Below are positions 8,674 through 17,802 of a DNA stretch of 64,000 nucleotides, in pieces. How positions within the stretch are numbered: the first letter of the stretch is position 1; each line of letters opens with the position of its first letter. The position numbers and the translations under genes are program-made. The notes beneath the pieces were generated by a model. That model saw nothing but the letters and a program-made list of their open reading frames with translations, was not told the origin of the DNA and ran no database searches. The DNA lies in the NCBI GenBank assembly GCA_965213925.1, contig OZ243927.1:1984001-2048000 (forward strand), given 5' to 3'. Origin of the DNA: Trueperaceae bacterium. GTDB lineage: Bacteria > Deinococcota > Deinococci > Deinococcales > Trueperaceae.

Positions 8674-9618
8674 ATGAAAAAAGAGCATCAAGAGGGGCGT
8701 AGAGGTACGCACGAGGCGGTCACGGACGCCCGCAATGAGGACGTACAGGTCTATATCAATGGCGCGTTTTATCCGAGGGACAAAGCGAAAATTTCCGTTT
8801 TCGATAGCGGCTATTTAGTCGGTGACGGGGTGTGGGAAGGTATTCGGCTAAATAACGGGTCCTTCGCTTTTTTGGATCGCCACTTGGACAGACTGTTCCA
8901 AGGGGCAAAAGCCATCGACTTGGATATCGGCAAGACGCGCGAAGAACTCGCCGAAGCCTTGCGCGAGACCGCGCGACGAAACGCGATGACCACGGACGTG
9001 CACATGCGCCTCATGGTCACGCGCGGAGACAAGAAGACGCCCGCGCAAGACCCGCGCTTGACAGTGTCTCCGCCGAATATCGTCATCATCGCAGAGCACA
9101 AAGTCGCCGACCCCGACGTGAAGCGCCAGGGGATTCGGCTTTTCACCTCTTCGGTGCGCAGACCTCCGCCGCAGACGCTCGACGCGAAGCTCAACTGCCA
9201 CAGCAAACTGCACGAGGTCATCGCGCTCATTCAAGCCTTGAAAGCGGGCGCGGACGAGGCGCTCATGCTGGACGTACATGGCAACGTGGCGACGTGTAAC
9301 GCGACGAACTTCTTTATCGTCACGAGAGGTCAAGCTGGAAAAGAAAAAGAGGTCTGGACCTCTTCGGGGCAGCACTGCTTGAACGGCGTCACGCGGCGGC
9401 TCGTCTTAGAGCTTTGCGCGGCGGACGGCGTCCCCGCGCACGAGCGCGACTTCTCTTTAACGGATGTCTACAGCGCCGACGAAGCCTTCGTGACGGGAAC
9501 CTTCGGCAGCCTCACGCCCGTGGTGGCGGTGGACGGGCGCGTGATTGGAACGGGTGAACCGGGCGAGATGACGGCGCGACTTTCAAACCTCTATAAAGAG
9601 GCGGTAGAACGTGCCTGA
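8674..9618 (+). CDS. Aminotransferase class IV (branched-chain/D-amino-acid aminotransferase-like)
   Basis: ISVFDSGYLVGDGVWEG, HLDRL, LNGVTR, ADEAFVTGT. Confidence 0.88.
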   Translation: MKKEHQEGRRGTHEAVTDARNEDVQVYINGAFYPRDKAKISVFDSGYLVGDGVWEGIRLNNGSFAFLDRHLDRLFQGAKAIDLDIGKTREELAEALRETARRNAMTTDVHMRLMVTRGDKKTPAQDPRLTVSPPNIVIIAEHKVADPDVKRQGIRLFTSSVRRPPPQTLDAKLNCHSKLHEVIALIQALKAGADEALMLDVHGNVATCNATNFFIVTRGQAGKEKEVWTSSGQHCLNGVTRRLVLELCAADGVPAHERDFSLTDVYSADEAFVTGTFGSLTPVVAVDGRVIGTGEPGEMTARLSNLYKEAVERA

Positions 9619-10363
9619 TAGTATTAAGGAAGACTGCGTACGCCTCTCCATGTGGTCGGGACCGCGCAACATTTCCACCGCGCTCATGTACAGCTTTCGC
9701 CAGCGTAGCGACACGCAGGTCTTCGACGAACCTCTTTACGGTCACTACCTGAATGTCACGGACGCGCAGCATCCCGGTGAAGAAGAGGTCTTGAGGACGA
9801 TGGACACGGACGGTGAGCGCGTCGTGCGAGAGGTTCTTTTGGGCCCGTGCGACGCGCCCGTGCGCTTTTTCAAGAACATGGCGCATCATCTGACGAACCT
9901 AAACCGCGACTTTCTGGATGACGTGACGAACCTCTTGCTGACGAGAGACCCCAAGGAGATGCTCTTATCGCTCATCAGCCAGATTCCGCAGCCGACGCTG
10001 CGCGACACCGGGTTGGAGGAGCAAACGGAACTTCTTGACCTCATCCTCGAGCAGGGCAAAGCGCCCGTCGTGCTGGACGCGAAAGAGGTCTTGCTCGACC
10101 CGAGAGGCGTTCTAAAAGAGGCGTGTCGGCGGCTCGAGCTACCCTTTGAAAGCGCGATGCTCTCATGGCCCGCTGGTCCCAAGCCCGAGGACGGCGTGTG
10201 GGCGAAGTACTGGTACGACAGCGTGCACGCCTCGACCTCTTTCGCGCCGTATCGCCCTAAAAACGCGCCCTTCCCGGAGAGGTTGGAGCCTCTTTTGGAG
10301 GCGTGCCAACCCCTCTACGAACGCCTCTTTGCTCACGCCATCCGCGCCGACTCGTGGACGTGA
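9611..10363 (+). CDS. Sulfotransferase-like P-loop protein, partner of the class IV aminotransferase
   Basis: MWSGPRNISTALMYSF, FFKNMAHH, MLSWPAGPKPEDGVWAKYWY; overlaps the upstream gene. Confidence 0.8.
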   Translation: MPDSIKEDCVRLSMWSGPRNISTALMYSFRQRSDTQVFDEPLYGHYLNVTDAQHPGEEEVLRTMDTDGERVVREVLLGPCDAPVRFFKNMAHHLTNLNRDFLDDVTNLLLTRDPKEMLLSLISQIPQPTLRDTGLEEQTELLDLILEQGKAPVVLDAKEVLLDPRGVLKEACRRLELPFESAMLSWPAGPKPEDGVWAKYWYDSVHASTSFAPYRPKNAPFPERLEPLLEACQPLYERLFAHAIRADSWT

Positions 10364-10944
10364 GCAAGCAGCACCTCTTAAGCCGCCGCCAGGGACACGT
10401 CGAGCGGTGGGCGCAGTTGCGGGCTGATACCTTTTTGGACGGGGCGGAACGCTTCGGCGTGTTCGTGCAGCATATCCTCGAGACCCTCTACCTCGAGGCG
10501 GCTTGGTCCCGACCCGTTGAGCAAGACCTCAGACGCGCCTTTTTAGACGACCTCGTCGACCTCTTCGTGCCGCCGCGCTTCGCCCTTTTTAAGCGCTTAG
10601 TGATGACCTCTCCCGCTGTACTAAGCGAGACGATCACGGATACCAAAGAAGACCGCGAGGGCTTTCATCCCGTTTTGAAACCGGGCGGCGGGCGCTTCCG
10701 CCACTTCGCGATGAACGCCGCCGCTGCCGAGCGCTACCCGCCGCTGCTCGTCGACTTGAGCGCTAGGGCCGTCGGCTACGACGTGCCGTGGCGGAACGAC
10801 CCGAGCGGCGACACGCGAGCCGACCTCGCCGCCAACCGCATCGGGCGCGACTTCTCGCGTTATCTTAGGGAGAACGGCGTAGGTGAACTCGCCGCAGACG
10901 CCGCCGTGCGGGACTGGGTCACGGCGCGGTTTCGTGCTGGATAA
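10360..10944 (+). CDS. Hypothetical protein
   Basis: GTG start overlapping the upstream TGA (GTGA coupling); motifs FRHFAMN and DLAANRIG. Confidence 0.65.
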   Translation: MSKQHLLSRRQGHVERWAQLRADTFLDGAERFGVFVQHILETLYLEAAWSRPVEQDLRRAFLDDLVDLFVPPRFALFKRLVMTSPAVLSETITDTKEDREGFHPVLKPGGGRFRHFAMNAAAAERYPPLLVDLSARAVGYDVPWRNDPSGDTRADLAANRIGRDFSRYLRENGVGELAADAAVRDWVTARFRAG

Positions 10945-10950
10945 GATACA

Positions 10951-11063
10951 TATAGCAGGTATCATCTGGTCTGAGACACTCTCCCTGTACGAAGCGTCGC
11001 CTAGCACGCACGTTCGGTGATGATACCTGCGGCATTTTATCTCAGTATATTTTAGAACTGCTG
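10951..11063. repeat. Repeat family A, copy 2 (shortest form, no insert)
   Basis: TATAGCAGGTATCATCTGG...CTAGCACGCACGTTCGGTGATGATACCTGC...AGAACTGCTG; perfect internal inverted repeat GCAGGTATCATC/GATGATACCTGC. Confidence 0.8.
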
Positions 11064-11072
11064 ACAAAAGAG

Positions 11073-11366
11073 GTGAGCAAGAGGTTGAGCGAGAAGGCAC
11101 AGGATACTCAGTGGTACATCTACATCGTGCGCTGCCGCAACGAGGCGCTCTATACGGGCGTCACCACCGACCTCGCGCGGCGCGTTGCGGAGCATAACCG
11201 GGGCAAGGGCGCGCGCTACACCCGCGCGAACGGTCCCGTCGAACTCGTCTACAGCGAACGCGCAGAGGGTCACGCGCAGGCGCTCCGGCGCGAGCGTGCG
11301 ATCAAGCGCACCACGCGGCGCAGGAAGCTCGAGCTTGTTCGCGGCGGGGAAAAGGTTAAAGCGTGA
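11073..11366 (+). CDS. GIY-YIG nuclease family protein (UPF0213/YhbQ-like)
   Basis: WYIYIVRC...LYTGVTTDLARRVAEHN.GKGARYTR...ALRRERAIK. Confidence 0.9.
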   Translation: MSKRLSEKAQDTQWYIYIVRCRNEALYTGVTTDLARRVAEHNRGKGARYTRANGPVELVYSERAEGHAQALRRERAIKRTTRRRKLELVRGGEKVKA

Positions 11367-11411
11367 GCGGAACTTTGCAGTGGGCAAAGTTCCGCTCTGT
11401 TCAGGATTGCG

Positions 11412-11693
11412 CTAGTCGATCTTTAAGGGACCGAACTGCGTCAAGCCTGACTTCGTGCGCAGCACGACCCAGTAGAAGCCCGGTCGCGGCTGCGGCACGC
11501 TGAACTGGCCATCTTTGACCGCCGCTTCGACGGTGGGCGCGTGCGGCGCGTGGAGGATGATGTAGCCTTGGGCGTCGGCGTAGACGCCGGTGAATTGACC
11601 TTGTAAGCGGTCTTGGTGGGGGGTTAGCTCGAGGGGCGAGGTCATCATGAAGGGGCTAAGCGCGGCTGAGGTGTGGGTGGCAAACGCTGACAT
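11412..11693 (-). CDS. Hypothetical beta-rich protein; may be the 3' part of a frameshifted gene starting near 11850
   Basis: 93-aa ORF; removing one base from the run at 11694-11696 fuses it to the upstream ORF. Confidence 0.5.
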   Translation of the reverse strand: MSAFATHTSAALSPFMMTSPLELTPHQDRLQGQFTGVYADAQGYIILHAPHAPTVEAAVKDGQFSVPQPRPGFYWVVLRTKSGLTQFGPLKID

Positions 11694-11917
11694 AAAGAGA
11701 GTGTAGCAGAGCGTGCCTGACGCGATTCTTACTCGTGGTCTCGCTCGGGGTCTTGCTTGGCGTCTCGCTCGTGGTTTTGCCCTCGGATAGGGTGTGCATC
11801 GTCGTGATGCCGGCTAAAGCGGCGACGTTTTTCGGGGTCCATACATGCATAGCTCGTAGCCTACCCTCTCGCACCTCAGTATGGTGTGGCGCTGCGTCAG
11901 ATTCAACTTCACATTTG

Positions 11918-12074
11918 TAGCAGGTATTAAAGTCCGTCTCTCAAGGCTACGCCCGACTTCGTGAAGACGTTCGGAGCTGGTTTGAAACACGCTCACTTGA
12001 AAGAACATGCTCTAGCACGCACGTTGAAAGATGATGCCTGCGGCACTTCGTCTCAGTAGGCTGCGGAATTGCTG
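11918..12074. repeat. Repeat family A, copy 3, with a ~46-nt insert
   Basis: TAGCAGGTAT-[insert]-GAGCTGGTTTGAAACACGCTCACTTGAAAG...CTAGCACGCACGTT...GATGATGCCTGCGGCAC...GGAATTGCTG. Confidence 0.78.
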
Positions 12075-12095
12075 TTGTACGCGCGCCGCCCGGAG

Positions 12096-15000
12096 TCACG
12101 GCTGCACTAGCGCGTCCTCCTCGCACATCTCCACGAAGACGGGCACGAGCGCCGGGTCGAATTGGGTGCCCGCATTTCTCCTGATCTCGGCGATAGCCTT
12201 CGCCACGGGCCACGCCTCCTTGTAAGGGCGCTTGCTCGTGAGCGCGTCGAACACGTCGATGAGGCTGAACATACGCGCCATGAGGGGGATGGCTTCGCCC
12301 GCGAGCCCGTCGGGGTAGCCATGGCCGTCCCAGCGTTCGTGGTGGCTGCGCACGACCTCGCGCGTCTTTTGGGGCAGAAAGGGGATATCGCGGCAGGTCG
12401 CGTGACCGATGACGGTGTGCTCCTTGATCGCTTCGAATTCATGGTCTTCTAGCTTGCCCGGTTTGAGCAGGATGTTGTCGGCGATAGCGACCTTGCCGAT
12501 GTCGTGCAGGTACGCGCCCCAGCGCAACTCCTGCAACTCGCCCTTGCTGAAGCCCAGGTGTTTGCCTAGGCGCAGTGACAAGCTCATCACGCGGTCGGTG
12601 TGCCCCTTCGTTTCGAAGTCGCGGTATTCCAGCACGAGCCCGAGCGAGCGTAAGGTCGCCTCGCGAGTCGCCTCGACCTCGCGCAGGTTGTCGGCGCGCT
12701 CCAAGGCGTTCTCCAAGCGCTTGACGAAGTTGCGCGCCACGGTGAGCTGCTCCTCGCTGATCTTGACCGAGCGGAAAAAGCAGCAGAGGGCGATGACCTT
12801 GACGACCTCGCCGCGCTGCTTGACGGGGATGACCAGGAGCGTCGTGACGCCTAGCGCCGCGTACGCGGGCAGCGCGTGGTCCCACGCGCGGTAGTCCGAG
12901 ACGAAGGCGACCTCGCCCGTTCTGGCGACGCGCCCCGCTAAACCTTCGCCTACCGGGATAGGCGCGCGCACGTACTCGAGCCGCTCCGGGTACGAGCCGT
13001 AGAGGTTGACGGGGTGGCACACGTCGTCTCTGATGTCATAGTAGGTCGCCATGTCCATGCCGATCTGCTCGCTCAAACTGGTGAGCCCGAGTTCCATAAG
13101 CGCGCCGACGTCGTTGATCTCCTCGATCGCCTCGCCGAAATTCGCGAGCGCCCGGTACGCCCGCGCCTCGCGCTTCGTCTTGCCGACCAAGCCGAGGCGC
13201 ACGAGCGCGCCCGTACAGCTCTGCGCGACAGCCTCGGCAAACGCCACGTCGCTGGGCGAGAAGGTCGCGTCGCCCCAGACCGAGAGCACGCCGATGACCT
13301 CGCCGTTGGAGTCCAGGAGCGGGCAGCCGATGTAGTGCCTCAGTTTGCTGGGTCGATCATCAGGCTCGGCGCTATAAGCCAGAGAGGGGCGCGTGGGCGA
13401 CTCGAGCTGGGCGGGTTGTGCTGGCGGCTGCGAACGGTCATCAGCGCAAAAATCGTCGTCCGCGAGGACGTTCTCTAAAGAGAGCGGTTTGCCGCCCATC
13501 AGCACGTGCCAACTCACGCCGCGGCCGCGCGGCAGTTCCTGACCCACCGCGCATTCACCGCGGCGGCTCCAGTTCGCGACGACGGTCAGCACGTCGCGGT
13601 CCGCGTCGAAGCGGAGGATGCTGCTCGACGATGCTGAGGTGCGCGAGACGATCATCTGAGTGGTGCTCTCGTAGACTTCGGCGAAACTCGCCGCGCCGCG
13701 CAGGGCTTCGTTGGCTGCGACGAGCGCGTTCATCCGCTCGAGCTGCCGCTGCACCTGTTCGCGCTCGGCTTCTTTGGCGAGGGCGAGTTCGACGCTGCTC
13801 GCCACCTGCGAGACGAACGTCTGGATAAGCGGGTCAAAGGCGTGGGGCCTGCGCGCCGACACCTCCAACATGCCCCACAAGGTGTTGCGCCTTTTGAGCG
13901 GATAGAGCAAGCACGCGCGCGCTTGCGTCCCGGTCTCTCTCCAGGTCGCCTCGCCGTGCAAGTCGGGGCTATAGACGGGCTGCGCCCGGAGCGCGGCGTG
14001 GGCGGCGAACCCTTTAGGCGCGCGCAGATTGAGCATGTCGCCCTGCGTCAAGGTGCGGTGTACCTGCGCGCGCGCGTCTTGGGTTAGCCCGTAGAGATCG
14101 ACCTCCAGATGTTCGGACGAGGTGAGGCGGTAGACGCAGACGTGGTCGACGCCGATGGGCGCGTCCAGCAGGAGCTTGGCGAGCAGCGGGAAAAAGTCCT
14201 CCAGTGCGCCAAACGCCAAGAGGAGGCGCTCGAGCTGACCCAAAAGCGTCCCCACCGCGCTCCGGCGCTCCGCCTCACGCTGAAGCTGCAGGCGGCGCAG
14301 CACCACGCCGACCTGCTTGGCGAGCACCTCGGCGAACTGCACCGTCTCCTCGGAGAAGGCGTGCTGGGAGCTAAAGCTCTCCAGGTTGATGAGCGCTTCT
14401 AAGCGTCCGCCCAGCACGACCGGGGCAGCCAGCGTCACCTCGATCTCGTTTAGGCGGCCCGAGTCGCGAAGCTGCGCGCGTTTTTGCGGGGCGTGCTCGC
14501 CGCTACGGTAGTGGACGAGTCGCGGCCGGCTCACACCCTCGCCTTCCACGTGCCACTCGCGCAGCTCACGCTCCATGTAGCGCACCTCTCGGAGGGACGC
14601 TAAGTCGTAGCCCCTAACTGCCACATAGCGAAACTCGCCCTCCGCCGCTCCGCCCCCTTCCGCGCCACTGTCTTGCATCAAACTGTCCTGTACTAGACTG
14701 TCCCGCACCAGCACGCTGCCCCCTTCAGCCCCCGGAATCGCCTCGACCGCGCGGTCGATGAAGTGCTGATAAAAGCTCTCGTCGAGCGTGTCCGCCAGGA
14801 CGGTGCTCGAGACCTCCATGAGGTGCTGCTGGACGTGCGCCCACGTCTCGGCGCGCCGCTGCACCTCCAAGCGCTGCAACACGACGCCTAGTTGCGCGCC
14901 GAAAATCTGGGCGGTCTTCAAGGCCTCCTGGTCGAAGGCGTCCGGGCTGCAGAAGTTATCGAAGAAGAGCACCGCCCGCATCGTTGGTCCGACCATGACC

Positions 15001-15404
15001 GGCACCGAGAGCGCGACCTTGATCGCCTCCGCCTTGCCGACCTCGTTGAGGGTGCGCCGCGCGCCCTCGCGCACCACCTCGCGGTTGACCTGCGCGTAGT
15101 TGCGCGCCAAGTAGGGTCTATAGGTCTGCACGTCGATGGTCGGCGCAAGCTCGTCTAAGGTGAGCGAGACCTCCTGCAAGCTCGCCAAGTCGTACCCTAC
15201 CGCCGCGCAAATCCGGTAGTCGCCCGAAGGCTCGAGGAGGAAGATGCTGCCCGCTTGGGCGTTGGGGATAACGGGCACGGCGCGCTCTAAAAGCCGCCTG
15301 TAAAACGCGCCGTCCTCGCCGTGCGTGAGCGCGTCGCTGATCACGTCTAAGAGGGCTTCGCGAAAGCTGTCTAAGCTGTTCGCCCCAAACTTAACCCCGG
15401 ACAT
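12096..15404 (-). CDS. Multi-GAF HD-GYP phosphodiesterase (probable c-di-GMP turnover)
   Basis: About five GAF-like repeats, then ETKGHTDRV, LHDIGK, HHERWDGHGYP, DVFDALTS. Confidence 0.9.
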   Translation of the reverse strand: MSGVKFGANSLDSFREALLDVISDALTHGEDGAFYRRLLERAVPVIPNAQAGSIFLLEPSGDYRICAAVGYDLASLQEVSLTLDELAPTIDVQTYRPYLARNYAQVNREVVREGARRTLNEVGKAEAIKVALSVPVMVGPTMRAVLFFDNFCSPDAFDQEALKTAQIFGAQLGVVLQRLEVQRRAETWAHVQQHLMEVSSTVLADTLDESFYQHFIDRAVEAIPGAEGGSVLVRDSLVQDSLMQDSGAEGGGAAEGEFRYVAVRGYDLASLREVRYMERELREWHVEGEGVSRPRLVHYRSGEHAPQKRAQLRDSGRLNEIEVTLAAPVVLGGRLEALINLESFSSQHAFSEETVQFAEVLAKQVGVVLRRLQLQREAERRSAVGTLLGQLERLLLAFGALEDFFPLLAKLLLDAPIGVDHVCVYRLTSSEHLEVDLYGLTQDARAQVHRTLTQGDMLNLRAPKGFAAHAALRAQPVYSPDLHGEATWRETGTQARACLLYPLKRRNTLWGMLEVSARRPHAFDPLIQTFVSQVASSVELALAKEAEREQVQRQLERMNALVAANEALRGAASFAEVYESTTQMIVSRTSASSSSILRFDADRDVLTVVANWSRRGECAVGQELPRGRGVSWHVLMGGKPLSLENVLADDDFCADDRSQPPAQPAQLESPTRPSLAYSAEPDDRPSKLRHYIGCPLLDSNGEVIGVLSVWGDATFSPSDVAFAEAVAQSCTGALVRLGLVGKTKREARAYRALANFGEAIEEINDVGALMELGLTSLSEQIGMDMATYYDIRDDVCHPVNLYGSYPERLEYVRAPIPVGEGLAGRVARTGEVAFVSDYRAWDHALPAYAALGVTTLLVIPVKQRGEVVKVIALCCFFRSVKISEEQLTVARNFVKRLENALERADNLREVEATREATLRSLGLVLEYRDFETKGHTDRVMSLSLRLGKHLGFSKGELQELRWGAYLHDIGKVAIADNILLKPGKLEDHEFEAIKEHTVIGHATCRDIPFLPQKTREVVRSHHERWDGHGYPDGLAGEAIPLMARMFSLIDVFDALTSKRPYKEAWPVAKAIAEIRRNAGTQFDPALVPVFVEMCEEDALVQP

Positions 15405-15854
15405 TCACCACATCCGAGAGCCGAGCGGTAGAAGCTCGCGCAGTAGAAGCCCGCAACGTAAGGGCCCACACCGCAAGAGAGACGTACCACCGACGAATCA
15501 TAGCTATAAGGTGTCACGCACGCGGACGCGCGTGCGTGAAGTATTCGTCTCGTGCGTAAAAATGTGAAGTATATGTGGGAAAATAGGGGTGCAGCTGTAA
15601 CGTGCGACTTTAAGCACTCGTAATCTATTGCTCTACTATCCTAGAAAAGTCATAATCATCTTTCTTAGTGAGGGAGTGCGCGGCGTAGGGGTGATTCATA
15701 TGGTCATAAACTATGTACCCCTACGAAGCAGCGCGACTTGCGCAGAGCTTTGGAGTCGTTAAAACTAATTCTGTAGGGGTACTTATAAGCTCGAGCACTA
15801 CGAGCGAGGGGTCGCATTCCTACGACACGCGCGTCATCCTAGATAGAGTCACCC

Positions 15855-16457
15855 CTAAAGCCAGCCCTTCTCCCGCGCGAACCGCGCCGCTTGAATCCGG
15901 TTAGGTGCGCCGAGCTTGTGAATCGCTTCGGAGAGGTAGTTCCTGACGGTGCCGTCCGAAAGCCCGAGTTCGCGGGCGATGTCGGCGCTCGTGAGACCTT
16001 GACCTGCTAAACGCAAGCAGCGGCGCTCGCGGTCCGTCAAGGGGTCGCGCTCGCCCCACGCTTCGGCGGCGAGTTCGGGATGAACCGCGCGGCCGCCCGT
16101 GTGGACGCGCCGTACGGCGTCAGCGAGGTCGCTCGCGGGCGAGTCTTTGAGCAGATAGCCCGCCGCGCCCGCCTCCAGCGCGCGGCGCAAATAGCCGCCT
16201 CTAGCGAAGGTCGTGACGATGATAACCCGCGTCGCGAGGCCTCTGTCCCGGAGCGCCCCGGCTAGCTCGAGCCCCGTGAGGTGCGGCATCTCGATGTCGG
16301 TTAAGAGCACGTCCGGGCGATGCTCCAAAACGAGGTCTAGCGCGGCGCGTCCGTCTCGCGCTTGAGCGACGATGGCGAGGTCGGGCTCGAGGTCTAAAAG
16401 CGCCGCCAGCGCCCCCAACACGAGCCCCTGGTCTTCGGCGATAACGACGCGAATCAC
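15855..16457 (-). CDS. NarL/LuxR-family response regulator (DesR-like)
   Basis: REC domain (AEDQ, DIEMP, TTF, LLKD) plus LuxR HTH (GTVRNYLS). Confidence 0.92.
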   Translation of the reverse strand: MIRVVIAEDQGLVLGALAALLDLEPDLAIVAQARDGRAALDLVLEHRPDVLLTDIEMPHLTGLELAGALRDRGLATRVIIVTTFARGGYLRRALEAGAAGYLLKDSPASDLADAVRRVHTGGRAVHPELAAEAWGERDPLTDRERRCLRLAGQGLTSADIARELGLSDGTVRNYLSEAIHKLGAPNRIQAARFAREKGWL

Positions 16458-17620
16458 GCGAGTTCCGGCTCGGCGACGCGCTCGGTTTTGGGTTTGGTTT
16501 GCCGCGGAAGATAGACGCGCAAGCAGGTTCCGTTTTGCGTACCATGCTCGAGGCGTCCCCCCATTGCCCCGAGTCGCTCGCGCATTCCGCTCAGACCGGA
16601 GCCCTCGTGTTGATATCCAAATGCGTTACCGACGCCGTCGTCGCGAACCTCCAAGCAGACCTCTCGAGCTGTCCCTTCGTCTACCGCAAAGAGCCGCACG
16701 TCGCAGCGCGCAGCGCCCGAGTGCCGCACCACGTTGGTTACGGCCTCGAGCAGCGCGAAGGCGAGCACCGACTCCTCGGCGGCGCTGAGCGTGACAGAAG
16801 CGGTCTCCTCACAGAAGGTCATATCTGCCGCCTCCGCCATGAGCTTCGCGCTCGCGAACGCTGTAGCCAAGTCCTGCCTGTAGCCCCGCACAGCGCTGCG
16901 CACCTCGCTCAGCGCGTCCCTAGAAATGCGCTCCACGTCGCGGATTTCCGCCGCTGCCCTGTCCGCGTCGCGCCCGATGAGCTTCGCCGCCAACTCCGAC
17001 TTCAAGGTGATGACCGACAAGGTGTGACCCAAGAGGTCGTGCAAGTCCCGCGCGATGCGCTCGCGCTCTGCGACTTTGGCGAGCCGCTCGACCTCCGCTT
17101 GGGCGAGCCGCAGTTTGGCGTTTTGCTGCGCCTGAGCCGCGTAGAAGAGGTTGACCGCGCCGATGACCGGCACAAAAATGAGGGGCGGCAAGTAGACGTA
17201 GAGCAGGCTCTCGAGGTTCCAGCCCAGCACCGCAAACGAGAAGAGCGCGTGTAAGAGCGTCGCGACGAAAACACCCGCGACGACCATCACCCCGTGCTTC
17301 GTGCGGGCAAAGCCGCCCGCCGCCCCCGCTGCGTAGATGAAAAAGACGTTCGCGCCGGGGCTTAGCGGGACGGCGACGAAAGCGAGCGCCACGGTCGCCG
17401 CGACCACCGCGAGTAGACGCCGCCCCGCAGCCCAAAAGCTGAGAAAGTAGAGCGGCAAAAACGCGGCGACGAAGACGCCGACCCACACCCAATCGCGCGC
17501 CGCCGTATCCGACGTAAAAATGAGGACGAGCGGCAGATTGAGGAGGTAGATGAGCCAGACGTAGGCGACCCAACCCTCGCCCTCGGGGAGCAGTCGCCAA
17601 GATTTATGCATGTGTGCCAC
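16454..17620 (-). CDS. Membrane sensor histidine kinase (DesK-like, HisKA_3)
   Basis: N-terminal TM helices; ERERIARDLHDLLGHTLS, EAVTNVVRHS, DDGVG, GSGLSGM. Confidence 0.92.
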   Translation of the reverse strand: MAHMHKSWRLLPEGEGWVAYVWLIYLLNLPLVLIFTSDTAARDWVWVGVFVAAFLPLYFLSFWAAGRRLLAVVAATVALAFVAVPLSPGANVFFIYAAGAAGGFARTKHGVMVVAGVFVATLLHALFSFAVLGWNLESLLYVYLPPLIFVPVIGAVNLFYAAQAQQNAKLRLAQAEVERLAKVAERERIARDLHDLLGHTLSVITLKSELAAKLIGRDADRAAAEIRDVERISRDALSEVRSAVRGYRQDLATAFASAKLMAEAADMTFCEETASVTLSAAEESVLAFALLEAVTNVVRHSGAARCDVRLFAVDEGTAREVCLEVRDDGVGNAFGYQHEGSGLSGMRERLGAMGGRLEHGTQNGTCLRVYLPRQTKPKTERVAEPELA

Positions 17621-17641
17621 AGCTCCCCCATTCTACTCGCT

Positions 17642-17778
17642 TATAGCAGGTATCAGCTGGTTTGCTACACTCCCACTCGAAAGAGCATTGACTAGCACGC
17701 ACGTTCGGGGATGATGCCCTTCGCGAGGCGAAAACTTGCGTAAGCGGAGAAGTGTTGCAACGTCGCGTGGAACTGCTA
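17642..17778. repeat. Repeat family A, copy 4 (3' part replaced or expanded)
   Basis: TATAGCAGGTATCAGCTGGTTTG...GCATTGACTAGCACGCACGTTCGGGGATGATGCC...GGAACTGCTA. Confidence 0.78.
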
Positions 17779-17802
17779 CGAGTAAGACGCGCAGCCGCTA
17801 CG

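Noticed and set aside
516..17778. Family A as a CRISPR array or integron attC series
   Set aside because: Copies are kilobases apart and diverged, lie between ordinary chromosomal genes of either orientation, and no cas or integron integrase gene is present.
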